DNA from: a phage
Length of the DNA stretch: 49,119 bases
Sequence record: PZ465523.1
Reading direction: 5' to 3' (one strand)
Shown in pieces: positions 19,014 to 27,019 of this stretch. The first letter of the stretch is position 1; the number at the start of each line of letters is the position of its first letter. A program made the translations under genes and the position numbers. Below the pieces are notes generated by a model. It saw nothing but the letters and a program-made list of their open reading frames with translations, did no database searches and was not told where the DNA came from.

Positions 19014-19223
19014 CCAGGGAATATAATCGTCGTCGTCATTATCAACAATATCATCGCCGGGCATCTCGAAGTCGGGATTATATTCACTTTCTGCGTCCAT
19101 ATCCATATTCCCTAGCGCGTCGTCAAGCGTAATTTCTTTATATGCAACCTTGATACACCATTCCGCACTAAGCCCGGCATCGAGCGCGGCAAAATAACGA
19201 GTCCAGAAATTATCCTGTTCCAT
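19011..19223 (-). CDS. Small acidic protein (70 aa)
   Basis: C-terminus DDIVDNDDDDYIPW. Confidence 0.5.
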   Translation of the reverse strand: MEQDNFWTRYFAALDAGLSAEWCIKVAYKEITLDDALGNMDMDAESEYNPDFEMPGDDIVDNDDDDYIPW

Positions 19224-19226
19224 TAA

Positions 19227-19451
19227 TTAGCTCCATGAATTAATGTAAATCGAGTTAGCCTCAAGCGTTGCGCGAACATCCGCATCTGTTGCATTTACTA
19301 AGCGCGATCCTGGTGTGCTGCCAATAACGTTATTACCGTTCCGAGCCTTAGTTACCGTCATTGAAACAAAACCGGAAGGCTTATCCATTTTGATAACTAC
19401 ACGTCCTTTCGCGTTCAGATGCTTGATGATATTCTCAACTTTAATACTCAT
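19227..19451 (-). CDS. Hypothetical protein (74 aa)
   Basis: ORF-track ORF with ATG start. Confidence 0.5.
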   Translation of the reverse strand: MSIKVENIIKHLNAKGRVVIKMDKPSGFVSMTVTKARNGNNVIGSTPGSRLVNATDADVRATLEANSIYINSWS

Positions 19452-19484
19452 TTTTAATTCCTTTATTTCGCTTGGTGTGGGAGT

Positions 19485-19530
19485 AATATACCTTACTCCC
19501 TATTTATTGTCTTTAGCAATTAGTGCTATC
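19485..19530 (-). promoter_or_regulatory. Box-type promoter: GATAGCACTAATTGCTAAA, 23 nt, TATATT
   Basis: Hairpin GGGAGTAA-ggtatat-TTACTCCC. Confidence 0.55.
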
Positions 19531-19672
19531 AGTACTCGGAAATTACTTTGCACTCTTTGATTGTTCCACCTAGAACTACTTTCTGCATCATTGCTTTTTG
19601 GTGACTATCGTAAACGCGAACATTTTTTACGCTGTTAAATTTGCCAGTATAGAAAGTGTGAATATAAATCAT
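19529..19672 (-). CDS. Small protein (47 aa) not in ORF track
   Basis: ATG overlaps upstream stop as ATGA; its own TGA abuts the box TAGCAC. Confidence 0.4.
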   Translation of the reverse strand: MIYIHTFYTGKFNSVKNVRVYDSHQKAMMQKVVLGGTIKECKVISEY

Positions 19673-19989
19673 TTTTTACCGTCCCATGTTTGATACGCCG
19701 TCACAAGGTTAATGCTATGGTCGAACTCGTCAATGCTAAGCGATCCGATTCGAACCAGTTCTTTATCATGCTTAATATCGATCATCCGGCTATATGGATG
19801 ACCTGGCACGTATTTGAACAGTCGCTTACTGTCGGCAATATCAGCGTTGATTCCATAGAATCGGCCCACTGCCGCCTTCACGCGCTCCATGATGTTTTTT
19901 TCGTGGATTGCCGCCGCGTTATTCAATGCCGCGACCGTGCTTCCGTTAATCTTCGGTGATTTAGTTGTGATTTTATAAGTGTGGTTCAT
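19669..19989 (-). CDS. Hypothetical protein (106 aa)
   Basis: Start at ATG 19989 after RBS AGGGGGAA. Confidence 0.55.
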   Translation of the reverse strand: MNHTYKITTKSPKINGSTVAALNNAAAIHEKNIMERVKAAVGRFYGINADIADSKRLFKYVPGHPYSRMIDIKHDKELVRIGSLSIDEFDHSINLVTAYQTWDGKK

Positions 19990-20005
19990 TATTCCCCCTA
20001 ACCAG

Positions 20006-20569
20006 TCAGGATAGCTTTCGCGCTTCATCAATGATAACAGGTTCGAGACGCTCAAGTCGAACGCGGAACGTGTTCATAAATCCTTCGTTATTCTTCAATA
20101 GCTCGAAGGCGTCTGTTGCCTCAATGGCGCTATTTCCCATGTAGGCAACTACGCTCTTTTGCGTCTTGCGTGAGATCGCCACCACGCGGTAAATATTATC
20201 ACTCATACAATGCCTCCTTAACACGGTGCGCAATGCAGGAATTGACGGTGATTGAGTAGTTTGCCACGCCCATAATGCAATATTGCCAAGCTCGGTACGC
20301 ATTGATGGATTGTTAAGCTGGATTATCGTCTCTCCAGTATCTTTATCTACGAAGCGAGACACGCCCAAATGGTCAACCACGCGCGTTACGCGGTTCACGC
20401 ACTCCATTGCATCACTTACGCCGTAATAAGCGCTCAGAGCGGCTCTCACGGCCTTCTCTTGCTTGTTGTAAATCTTGCGCGCTATGTTCTCGATCGCAAT
20501 CTGCTCTTTTTCGTCAGTCTGTATTGCCGTGCTTGCTGAGAAGTCCAAGTCAATGAACTGCTTAAACAT
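20006..20569 (-). CDS. Hypothetical protein (187 aa)
   Basis: Start at ATG 20569 after RBS GAGGAAAG, downstream of box promoter at 20601..20645. Confidence 0.55.
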   Translation of the reverse strand: MFKQFIDLDFSASTAIQTDEKEQIAIENIARKIYNKQEKAVRAALSAYYGVSDAMECVNRVTRVVDHLGVSRFVDKDTGETIIQLNNPSMRTELGNIALWAWQTTQSPSIPALRTVLRRHCMSDNIYRVVAISRKTQKSVVAYMGNSAIEATDAFELLKNNEGFMNTFRVRLERLEPVIIDEARKLS

Positions 20570-20600
20570 GATTCTTTCCTCGTTTGCTGTTGATGGGATG

Positions 20601-20645
20601 ACTATACCAGCCATCCCGGATGCGCGTTTAGCAAAAAGTGCTATC
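20601..20645 (-). promoter_or_regulatory. Box-type promoter: GATAGCACTTTTTGCTAAA, 22 nt, TATAGT
   Basis: Hairpin GGGATG...CATCCC overlapping the -10. Confidence 0.55.
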
Positions 20646-20646
20646 C

Positions 20647-20751
20647 TCAGCGACCAACTGCATCCATAATGATTAAGAACATGATCGCGACCAGGCATCC
20701 TGACAGAGAGAAAAGCACCGATCCAATTGCATAATTAAAAAACTTTGCCAT
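20647..20751 (-). CDS. Small membrane peptide (34 aa)
   Basis: MAKFFNYAIGSVLFSLSGCLVAIMFLIIMDAVGR; RBS GAGGG; stop abuts box. Confidence 0.45.
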   Translation of the reverse strand: MAKFFNYAIGSVLFSLSGCLVAIMFLIIMDAVGR

Positions 20752-20756
20752 AATTA

Positions 20757-20984
20757 CCCTCTGAAACTATCAATTGTGTCGTTGATGTATTTCACTTGAG
20801 CCTCTACGTCAGACGTTGCGATATACTGGAATGTATCGTAATCATCCCACAAGTCGACAAGCTCAACCTTTGTATGATGCTATTTTAAGCCGCCCATGTG
20901 ACCGTAATGTGTGCGGTAGACGATGAATCCCTCATCATTGGCGCGCTGAATTGCTTTCTTTAATCCGGGGTGTTTAATTGCCAC
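20757..20984 (-). pseudogene. Reading frame interrupted by a single in-frame TAG; possible pseudogene or readthrough gene
   Basis: GTG start, 34 codons, TAG at 20880..20882, then 41 more in-frame codons to TAA at 20754..20756. Confidence 0.3.
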
Positions 20985-21015
20985 TTGGTCATTTCTCTGA
21001 TTGGTTGATGTTTTA

Positions 21016-21060
21016 AATATACCCCGATCACCTTCGGGGCGTTTAGCAATTCGTGCTATT
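21016..21060 (-). promoter_or_regulatory. Box-type promoter: AATAGCACGAATTGCTAAA, 22 nt, TATATT
   Basis: Hairpin CCCCGA-aggtga-TCGGGG in spacer. Confidence 0.55.
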
Positions 21061-21394
21061 AATCAATATCGAACTCAGCGGCATACGCTTTCTTGAAGCC
21101 AGCTTCACGCATGGTGCGCTTGCTGATTTTGCGCGGGAATTTGTACTGGCTGTTAGGCATAACCCACCAGAAGCAAGCAGTTTCACGAACGATTTCATAT
21201 TTACCGTAACGGGTGAAGGTGTCACGTTCCGCGTCCGGCTGGTTAACACAGGTCAGGAATTTAGCCGCTTTGTCTTCAGTTTTGATTTCTTCCCATACGA
21301 AGGAATCCATACCGTTAACATTGCAAGCTACCATGATGTACTCAACGCCGTTTTCGATTTTGATGATTTCGTTACCGCGATTTTCGTATTTCAT
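21059..21394 (-). CDS. Hypothetical protein (111 aa)
   Basis: ATG with RBS AGGAGCAGGAAA; C-terminus reads through the box. Confidence 0.5.
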   Translation of the reverse strand: MKYENRGNEIIKIENGVEYIMVACNVNGMDSFVWEEIKTEDKAAKFLTCVNQPDAERDTFTRYGKYEIVRETACFWWVMPNSQYKFPRKISKRTMREAGFKKAYAAEFDID

Positions 21395-21432
21395 TTTCCT
21401 GCTCCTGATGTGTATCTCGTTTCGATGAGGTA

Positions 21433-21478
21433 ATTATGCCAAACTACCCCGATCGAGTTTTAACAAAAAGTGCTATTT
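21433..21478 (-). promoter_or_regulatory. Box-type promoter: AAATAGCACTTTTTGTTAAAA, 22 nt, CATAAT
   Basis: Box encodes the Dcm C-terminus NSTFC and its stop. Confidence 0.55.
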
Positions 21479-22164
21479 GCGATCGCTTTGAAAAATCCAC
21501 GCGGCGACAGGGATCGTATCAGTTTGGTCTTTGCCGACTTGCCGCCCAACTTGCTATGCTGCGCAGAGTACCCTTCAGGAAGGCTTACAGGTTTTCTCTC
21601 CGGCATGACAAAATCGTCCGAGGTCCAAAGACACGTCTTTTTCGGATAAGCATCGCGCGGCGCAATATACATCGGGAACCAGGGATGCGAGTCATTCTCA
21701 GGAAGATAGCCGCCATACTCCCAGGGATTGAATGAGTGATCTGGTTTTCTCCAGGCAGATGACAGAACGCTAACCGGATTCTCAATGATGTAAGTCACGC
21801 CCAGGGCGTCGCCAATATTCGCAGCAATCCGGGCGGTGGCAACGGCCTTCTCCTGGAATAAGGGATTGCGCTTACGCTTACTTGCAAAGTGACGAGCACC
21901 ACTAACAGCCAGGTCAGTGCATGGAGGAAAGGCCATAATGAAATCCGGCTTACCATACACACCCGCAATCGCATCACGTTCGAACGTCTCATCAATGAAG
22001 ACGTTCACATACTCAATGTTCGGATGCTGTACCCGAGCATTGTACTTTGCATAATCTCCGTGATCGGCCCCGTCAAAGTTGAAGCACATCACCTTATGAC
22101 CTTGCTTAGCCAGTTCATGACCAGCAAGGCCGGAACCGTCGAATAGTGACCAAATTAGTTTCAT
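21460..22164 (-). CDS. dcm: DNA cytosine-5 methyltransferase
   Basis: LFDGSGLAG (motif I-like), FPPCTDLAVSG (motif IV PC), IIENP (motif VI ENV); start at ATG 22164 after AGGAGA. Confidence 0.7.
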   Translation of the reverse strand: MKLIWSLFDGSGLAGHELAKQGHKVMCFNFDGADHGDYAKYNARVQHPNIEYVNVFIDETFERDAIAGVYGKPDFIMAFPPCTDLAVSGARHFASKRKRNPLFQEKAVATARIAANIGDALGVTYIIENPVSVLSSAWRKPDHSFNPWEYGGYLPENDSHPWFPMYIAPRDAYPKKTCLWTSDDFVMPERKPVSLPEGYSAQHSKLGGKSAKTKLIRSLSPRGFFKAIANSTFC

Positions 22165-22197
22165 TGCAAATCTCCTGCTGATTGGTTGATGTGATGA

Positions 22198-22242
22198 ATC
22201 ATACCCTGCCAACATAGCTAAGTCGTTAGCAAAAAATGCTAT
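22198..22242 (-). promoter_or_regulatory. Box-type promoter variant: AATAGCATTTTTTGCTAAC, 23 nt, TATGAT
   Basis: Immediately upstream of Dcm leader CAACCAATCAGCAGGAG. Confidence 0.5.
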
Positions 22243-22427
22243 TCCAATAGTTGCTCATTATTCCATCAATAGTGGAATAGTTGGAATAATTTTGATTGTG
22301 ATTGATTGCGAATGATTAAACGTGATTATTGCATTGTGTGCAACAGTTGGTTGATTTGTTGATGAGAATGCAATGATTGTGAGAGGGAGGATTTAGTGTT
22401 ACCCGGTTCGCTTGGTAGTCACCTCCA

Positions 22428-22447
22428 TTTTTAGCAAAAAGTGCTAT
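22428..22447 (-). promoter_or_regulatory. Box GATAGCACTTTTTGCTAAAA without a matching -10 at the usual spacing
   Basis: Distal-most box of the leftward arm, followed by hairpin GGAGG...CCTCC. Confidence 0.45.
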
Positions 22448-22856
22448 CCGTCTATATCTTCGTTGTAATTGTCGTAATAGTTGTATACTATCGGGGGTGT
22501 TACAAAATGGCCCCGAAGGGATGGGCCTATATATACTAAAATATCTATATATAATAATAAGATAGATAATATATATATATTTATTTATTATATTATATAT
22601 TGGTATGTAATCGGCGTAATAGGTGCAACCGCATTTTTGGAAGGTGGCATATATTTCAGGGTGCATAGTATAAAAAACATACTATTCCGCGCGTCGAAAT
22701 GGATGTGTGTGCTTTTATAGAAAAAGTCGGTTGCATCGGTTGCACTGGTTACAAAAATAAAAAATGCAGCTATAGACATTGACGCGCCTAGCCAGGTTGC
22801 TGTAACATGTTTTTCGGGGCGGCAAGTTACGCCCGTAGACAACGAGGTATAGACAA

Positions 22857-23432
22857 ATGAAAACTCAGCTTAAAGAAGTAACGGAATTCGAACTCAACTT
22901 GCCGGACTACATTCGCAAGGCGATTGAAAATCACCGTTCAGGGAGTGAGTTCTCAATCACCGGAAAGCAAATGGTAGCTATCTACGTGCATGAGCAAGCC
23001 GAGATCGTAAAGATCACTCAGGATGTTGAGCTAACCGAGGACCAGATTGATGAGGCTATCATTAACGAGTACACGTCGCGCTCAGCCTGGTTGCTCGAAC
23101 GACTCACCGCTTCGTATGTTTCCAATATCATCAAGCGCCACATGCTCAAGGTGCATAACAAGGCCGTGTCGGTTCGAATCAATCGCGATCAGGTGGATGG
23201 CGTGACGATATTCATCACTGAACTGGAAGGTGAGGAAGCAGAAAAGGTCATAGGCGAAGCGAAACAGGGAAAGAGAGGACGGAAGCGTAAGAGCGTAGCC
23301 GATGTGTTCAATGCGAAGGTTGAGGCGTTCAGAATCGATCTGAGAGAGTTTGAAGGAAGCAACATCTCGGTATCGGATCTCAATAAACTGGTGGAGCAAT
23401 TCCGCGCACATTTACTGGGTGAGGAGAAGTAA
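22857..23432 (+). CDS. Hypothetical early protein (191 aa)
   Basis: First gene of rightward early operon; acidic protein with Lys/Arg cluster KQGKRGRKRK. Confidence 0.55.
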   Translation: MKTQLKEVTEFELNLPDYIRKAIENHRSGSEFSITGKQMVAIYVHEQAEIVKITQDVELTEDQIDEAIINEYTSRSAWLLERLTASYVSNIIKRHMLKVHNKAVSVRINRDQVDGVTIFITELEGEEAEKVIGEAKQGKRGRKRKSVADVFNAKVEAFRIDLREFEGSNISVSDLNKLVEQFRAHLLGEEK

Positions 23433-23434
23433 TC

Positions 23435-23590
23435 ATGAACAAGAAGAATGAAGGCAAAAAGAGCATTAGCCGTCACTTGGACACGTTCAAGCTGGATACT
23501 AAAAAACTGAGCGCGAACCGCATTCAACTTAGTAGCATCAATGAGATCGTGCGCCAGATGAAAGCGCATATCGAAAAGTGTGGACTGTGA
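23435..23590 (+). CDS. Small basic protein (51 aa) not in ORF track
   Basis: Strong RBS GAGGAGAAG; ATG 2 nt after upstream stop. Confidence 0.45.
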   Translation: MNKKNEGKKSISRHLDTFKLDTKKLSANRIQLSSINEIVRQMKAHIEKCGL

Positions 23591-23603
23591 GCACTGAACG
23601 GTA

Positions 23604-23648
23604 AATAGCACTTTTTGTTAAAACCGGATCGGAATAACCTGGTATAGT
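23604..23648 (+). promoter_or_regulatory. Box-type promoter: AATAGCACTTTTTGTTAAAA, 22 nt, TATAGT
   Basis: Read directly; upstream of gene 23680..24168. Confidence 0.55.
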
Positions 23649-23679
23649 AACCCCATCGACAACGAACGAGGACGCAAAC

Positions 23680-24168
23680 ATAAAAATCAAATTACTTTGC
23701 ACTGGCGGTTACAAGGGATTCACCCGCAACCTGGAAGCAGACCCTATCGTGGTTGATGCGGTTAAGTGCGATTCCAGCACTGGAGGCTACCGCGTTAAGG
23801 TTGACGATCTGGTTAAAGCTGGCGTGTACGATCTTGACTATGGACTTTCGGTTAGCCCTGTATTTGGTACGGCTGACTTTAACGAGAATGACGGAACGAT
23901 GTTCTTCTTCGAATGGGAAGTTCAAGCAAATCCTAAGCCGCGCAAGGTTCGACTTCTCAGTAATGGCGGCTACCCGCTGCGACAAGGCTATGAGAACCGC
24001 ACATTCCCAGTTATCGTGGACTTTGAAGAAATTACTAGCAATCTGGCATACGTTAACGATGAGCAGTTGCGAGCCGTTGGATTTGTCGGCGGGATGAATA
24101 AAGAGACGCTTTGCTTCTTCCACTGTAACGCCGAGCCGTTCGATATTGAGTGCGAGTTAGTTTACTAA
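23680..24168 (+). CDS. Cys beta-hairpin repeat family protein; apparent ATA start (ORF-track GTG at 23749 is the alternative)
   Basis: Frame open from 23638; RBS CGAGGA + 7 nt + ATA aligns with leaders of neighbouring genes; repeats IKLLCTGGYKGF and VKCDSSTGGYRVKV. Confidence 0.5.
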   Translation: MKIKLLCTGGYKGFTRNLEADPIVVDAVKCDSSTGGYRVKVDDLVKAGVYDLDYGLSVSPVFGTADFNENDGTMFFFEWEVQANPKPRKVRLLSNGGYPLRQGYENRTFPVIVDFEEITSNLAYVNDEQLRAVGFVGGMNKETLCFFHCNAEPFDIECELVY

Positions 24169-24209
24169 GCACGAATTGTTAAAAGGGGATTTGTCCTGAC
24201 TGGTATAAT
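24166..24209 (+). promoter_or_regulatory. Box-type promoter: TAAGCACGAATTGTTAAAA, 22 nt, TATAAT
   Basis: Gene stop TAA is the first triplet of the box; hairpin GGGGATT...AATCCCC. Confidence 0.55.
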
Positions 24210-24239
24210 CCCCAAGTAAACCACTAAGAGGAAAGAGTT

Positions 24240-24737
24240 ATGTTGAAATTAAACGAGATTAAATTCCCTGTAGTTTTTAACACTATTAGCTGCGGAAAAA
24301 TAACCTGCCATAGCAAAGACCGTGCAACAGATTCGTCATTCAATGAGTGCCATCCGTCTATTGTTGGTAATCTCATTGAGCTTCATAACAAGCACAACCC
24401 TGATAACATCCCGTCTCTTCCATATTATGTTGAGTATGTTGGACCCGGCTGGAAGGCTGGTTGGAAAGTTGGTAGAGCAATCTTTCATTCGTCAAAGCCA
24501 GAAATCAAGCCATCGCTACAGTGCACTCAGATCGAGAACATGCCATTGAGCGCGACGCTAAAGGGAGTCCAGCTTGATAGCGAATCCTGGACCGAGATTA
24601 CCGCCACACCTAAAACTATTGAGGTGCACGATGATGTGGTGATTCTCCTGTTGCATTACGGCGGCTTTAAGCACAAGACTGTATCAGGTGAAATCAGCAT
24701 TAAGCGCGGAACGCTTGTACGCTACGAGGTGAAATAA
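24240..24737 (+). CDS. Hypothetical protein (165 aa)
   Basis: RBS AAGAGGAAAGAG; ATG start. Confidence 0.55.
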   Translation: MLKLNEIKFPVVFNTISCGKITCHSKDRATDSSFNECHPSIVGNLIELHNKHNPDNIPSLPYYVEYVGPGWKAGWKVGRAIFHSSKPEIKPSLQCTQIENMPLSATLKGVQLDSESWTEITATPKTIEVHDDVVILLLHYGGFKHKTVSGEISIKRGTLVRYEVK

Positions 24738-24886
24738 TGGCTGCATGGGTTTTGATTATCTTAATGAGCACCGGGCCGGATCACGTATACATGGAAAGTC
24801 AGCAATCATGCAACAAGGCTCGGGAAGTAATTGCAGAGAACAAGCCGTTCGGGTACGAAGTTAAAACAATGTGCGTTAAACGATAG
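24737..24886 (+). CDS. Small membrane protein (49 aa) not in ORF track
   Basis: ATG overlaps upstream stop; hydrophobic N-terminus; TAG stop is part of box. Confidence 0.45.
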   Translation: MAAWVLIILMSTGPDHVYMESQQSCNKAREVIAENKPFGYEVKTMCVKR

Positions 24887-24926
24887 CACTAATTGCTAAA
24901 CCTTCCGCAAGGCCATTTGATATAGT
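24883..24926 (+). promoter_or_regulatory. Box-type promoter: ATAGCACTAATTGCTAAA, 22 nt, TATAGT
   Basis: Hairpin AAGGCCA...TGGCCTT spanning the -10. Confidence 0.55.
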
Positions 24927-24966
24927 GGCCTTATTGAAGCAAGGCAACCAATCAGAGGAATCAGCT

Positions 24967-25173
24967 ATGGCTACACGACTAACTCAGTGGCAGATTTACG
25001 ACAAGGCATCACGCCTTCGTGAATCGCTTCGCGGACTGACGCCGAATGACCGAATGGAGATTATCGGGCACGCATTGCACGAACTCACGCCTCAGGACGT
25101 AATCTATCATTCATGCGGCAATAAATTCTGGAACGTAACATTCGAGGTAAAGAAAGATGAGCAAAACTCATAA
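24967..25173 (+). CDS. Hypothetical protein (68 aa)
   Basis: ATG after conserved leader CAACCAATCAGAGGAATCA. Confidence 0.5.
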   Translation: MATRLTQWQIYDKASRLRESLRGLTPNDRMEIIGHALHELTPQDVIYHSCGNKFWNVTFEVKKDEQNS

Positions 25174-25444
25174 GTTAAAAATTACCCCGGTCCATTTCAT
25201 CGGTGTAATGAACGGCACAAAAACGGCAGAGTTCCGCATTAATGACCGCAACTTCCAGCTTGGCGATATCCTGGAGCTATGCGAGTTCGATCGGGATGAG
25301 TTTACCGGGTGGGAAGTGCATGCCAGGGTATCCGATGTTACAGACGTGACTCCTTACATCAATCGCGGGTATGACGATCAAGGATGCGACTTCACGCAAT
25401 ACGTGATGTTGTCAATCAAGCCTTACAGGAAGGTTAGACCATGA
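25157..25444 (+). CDS. ASCH-domain-like protein
   Basis: GTKTAEFR matches the ASCH G-x-K-x-x-E-x-R signature. Confidence 0.5.
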   Translation: MSKTHKLKITPVHFIGVMNGTKTAEFRINDRNFQLGDILELCEFDRDEFTGWEVHARVSDVTDVTPYINRGYDDQGCDFTQYVMLSIKPYRKVRP

Positions 25445-26097
25445 AATTTGAGTGCGTATCAAGTAGCGGATCTGGTTTTAAGTGGGGAAAAACTTACAAA
25501 GGTGTTCGCGTAAATGATGACAGCTTCATCATTACTGATGAGAACGGTTGCAACGTGAACGTTGTACGGCGTCACGAATACCAGGAAATTTTCCTGCCTT
25601 ATGGCGGTAGCTCAAAATATATCTTCCATCGAATCGTGGATGGTGTTAAATTTAACGACGTAATCGAAGCAATCAACCAACTGCATAATAAAGAGGTAAA
25701 ATTTATGAAATTCGAATGTATCAGTGATAACACCAAAAAATTTACCGTTGGCAAAATCTACGACGTTCCTACTGAGCACGCAAAGCACACTGTAGCGCTG
25801 ACCGACGACGCGGGCCGCCACCGCATTGCAACCGTAACTCACAATGGCGAAGGTCTTCGCTGGAATAGCGGCGGCACTAAGTTCGCAACGTTCGGCAAGA
25901 AGAAGCAGAAATTTAATACCAGTCGAATCAAGGGCGGTTTCCGCATCGAACATGGTAAGATTCACAGCGTTCATCCAAGCGAAGTTGATGGTAAAGTCAA
26001 GCCTAAGCTGACCAACAAGGATATTGATAATCTGGCGAATCTGGCTATGGCTACCGTGCTTCTTATTTCTCTTATCGTGCTGTTTTTCGTAGTTTAA
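25441..26097 (+). CDS. Membrane-anchored protein with two tandem Cys beta-hairpin repeats
   Basis: Repeats MKFECVSSSGSGFKWGKTYKGV and MKFECISDNTKKFTVGKIYDV; C-terminal TMD. Confidence 0.6.
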   Translation: MKFECVSSSGSGFKWGKTYKGVRVNDDSFIITDENGCNVNVVRRHEYQEIFLPYGGSSKYIFHRIVDGVKFNDVIEAINQLHNKEVKFMKFECISDNTKKFTVGKIYDVPTEHAKHTVALTDDAGRHRIATVTHNGEGLRWNSGGTKFATFGKKKQKFNTSRIKGGFRIEHGKIHSVHPSEVDGKVKPKLTNKDIDNLANLAMATVLLISLIVLFFVV

Positions 26098-26254
26098 CTT
26101 AAAGTGGGAATCGTTCCTGAGCGGTTCCCTATTTTTATGAGGTGAATATAAATAGCTTTATGCCTGACTTTAAGAACTGGAAAAACGAACCTCCATCATT
26201 TCATGAGTTGTTATTCTGCCTGCTGGTTTTGACGCTATCTCTTAAGGGTGTTTT

Positions 26255-26473
26255 ATGGCTACTATCATGACAGCAGAAGATGCAGCACGCGACGCAGTGG
26301 AAGGGATGCGCCCAAATAGCTCCAGAATCGCCCACTACTACAAATCTGATGTGTCGGCAGTGCAATTGGTCCATGAGATTTTAAGGCTACCACAAGTCGA
26401 TTCAGCGCGCGTGGTGACGTGCTTAAAAAATTATTTTTGCATCACTATTAAAACGAATAGCACGAATTGCTAA
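26255..26473 (+). CDS. Hypothetical protein (72 aa)
   Basis: ATG start; C-terminus NSTNC encoded by the box. Confidence 0.45.
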   Translation: MATIMTAEDAARDAVEGMRPNSSRIAHYYKSDVSAVQLVHEILRLPQVDSARVVTCLKNYFCITIKTNSTNC

Positions 26474-26500
26474 AACCTATCAAGGGGAATGCGCTATGAT
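26456..26500 (+). promoter_or_regulatory. Box-type promoter: AATAGCACGAATTGCTAAAA, 22 nt, TATGAT
   Basis: Hairpin GGGGAAT-gcgctatg-ATTCCCC. Confidence 0.55.
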
Positions 26501-26530
26501 TCCCCTACACCAACAAACGAGGAATCACTA

Positions 26531-26890
26531 ATGAAACACTTAATTTGCATTGAAACGCCTAACGATGAATACACTCTTCACGGTATCGGAATGTTCAAAG
26601 GTCACTACATGACAGCAAGCATTCATGATGCGCGACTATGCGATGGCGATCTGATGATTATATCAAAAGAAGTAAATCCGTACATTATGCAGAATCTTGG
26701 CAATAACGAATATATGGCATACGGCTGCAACGCCGTGTACAAGCATATCAAGATCCGCAAGCGTGTCGTGCGTGCATTCAAGAAGATTGCAATGAAATAC
26801 TGGAAGATGAGCAAGAAGGACGCCGGACGCTGGCGCGCAATGTTGCTGACTCGTACTTCTATCGTAACGGTGAGTCCCGCTACTTCCTGA
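26531..26890 (+). CDS. Hypothetical protein; C-terminal region may continue in another frame
   Basis: RBS CGAGGAA; alternative frame 26707..26976 encodes a more protein-like tail ending SCW. Confidence 0.45.
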   Translation: MKHLICIETPNDEYTLHGIGMFKGHYMTASIHDARLCDGDLMIISKEVNPYIMQNLGNNEYMAYGCNAVYKHIKIRKRVVRAFKKIAMKYWKMSKKDAGRWRAMLLTRTSIVTVSPATS

Positions 26891-26974
26891 TCGATGAAAT
26901 TATGGAAAGCTACGGCGGCGACTTCAGCCAGTGTAGCTTTGACGATTGGGCTGATTATGAGATCAGTTGCTGGT

Positions 26975-27019
26975 AATAGCACGAATTGCTAAAACTTGCT
27001 CAAGGGCATTTGTTAGAAT
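26975..27019 (+). promoter_or_regulatory. Box-type promoter: AATAGCACGAATTGCTAAAA, 22 nt, TAGAAT
   Basis: Hairpin AAGGGCATT...AATGCCCTT. Confidence 0.55.

Larger units (their letters stand above)
22165..22856. promoter_or_regulatory. Divergent early control region; AT-rich with TA repeats, dyads and GTTACA / TAGACA repeats
   Basis: Separates leftward and rightward early operons; shares 13-mers with 3174..3698; ORF-track ORFs here are low-complexity artefacts. Confidence 0.55.

Noticed and set aside
21436-22146. Plus-strand ORFs 21436..21735 and 21889..22146 opposite the Dcm gene
   Set aside because: Dcm motifs are on the minus strand; these have no RBS and are Arg-rich antisense frames.
22403-22418. 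16-bp exact repeat CCGGTTCGCTTGGTAG at 22403..22418 and 46814..46829
   Set aside because: One copy is in a leader hairpin, the other inside the tail I-like coding region; a single 16-mer match in 49 kb is near chance expectation and no extended similarity surrounds it.
22316-22842. ORF-track ORFs 22316..22666, 22481..22720 and 22588..22842 in the divergent control region
   Set aside because: They are low-complexity translations of TA-rich DNA (runs of I, Y, N), have no RBS and overlap obvious promoter and repeat elements; treated as non-coding.
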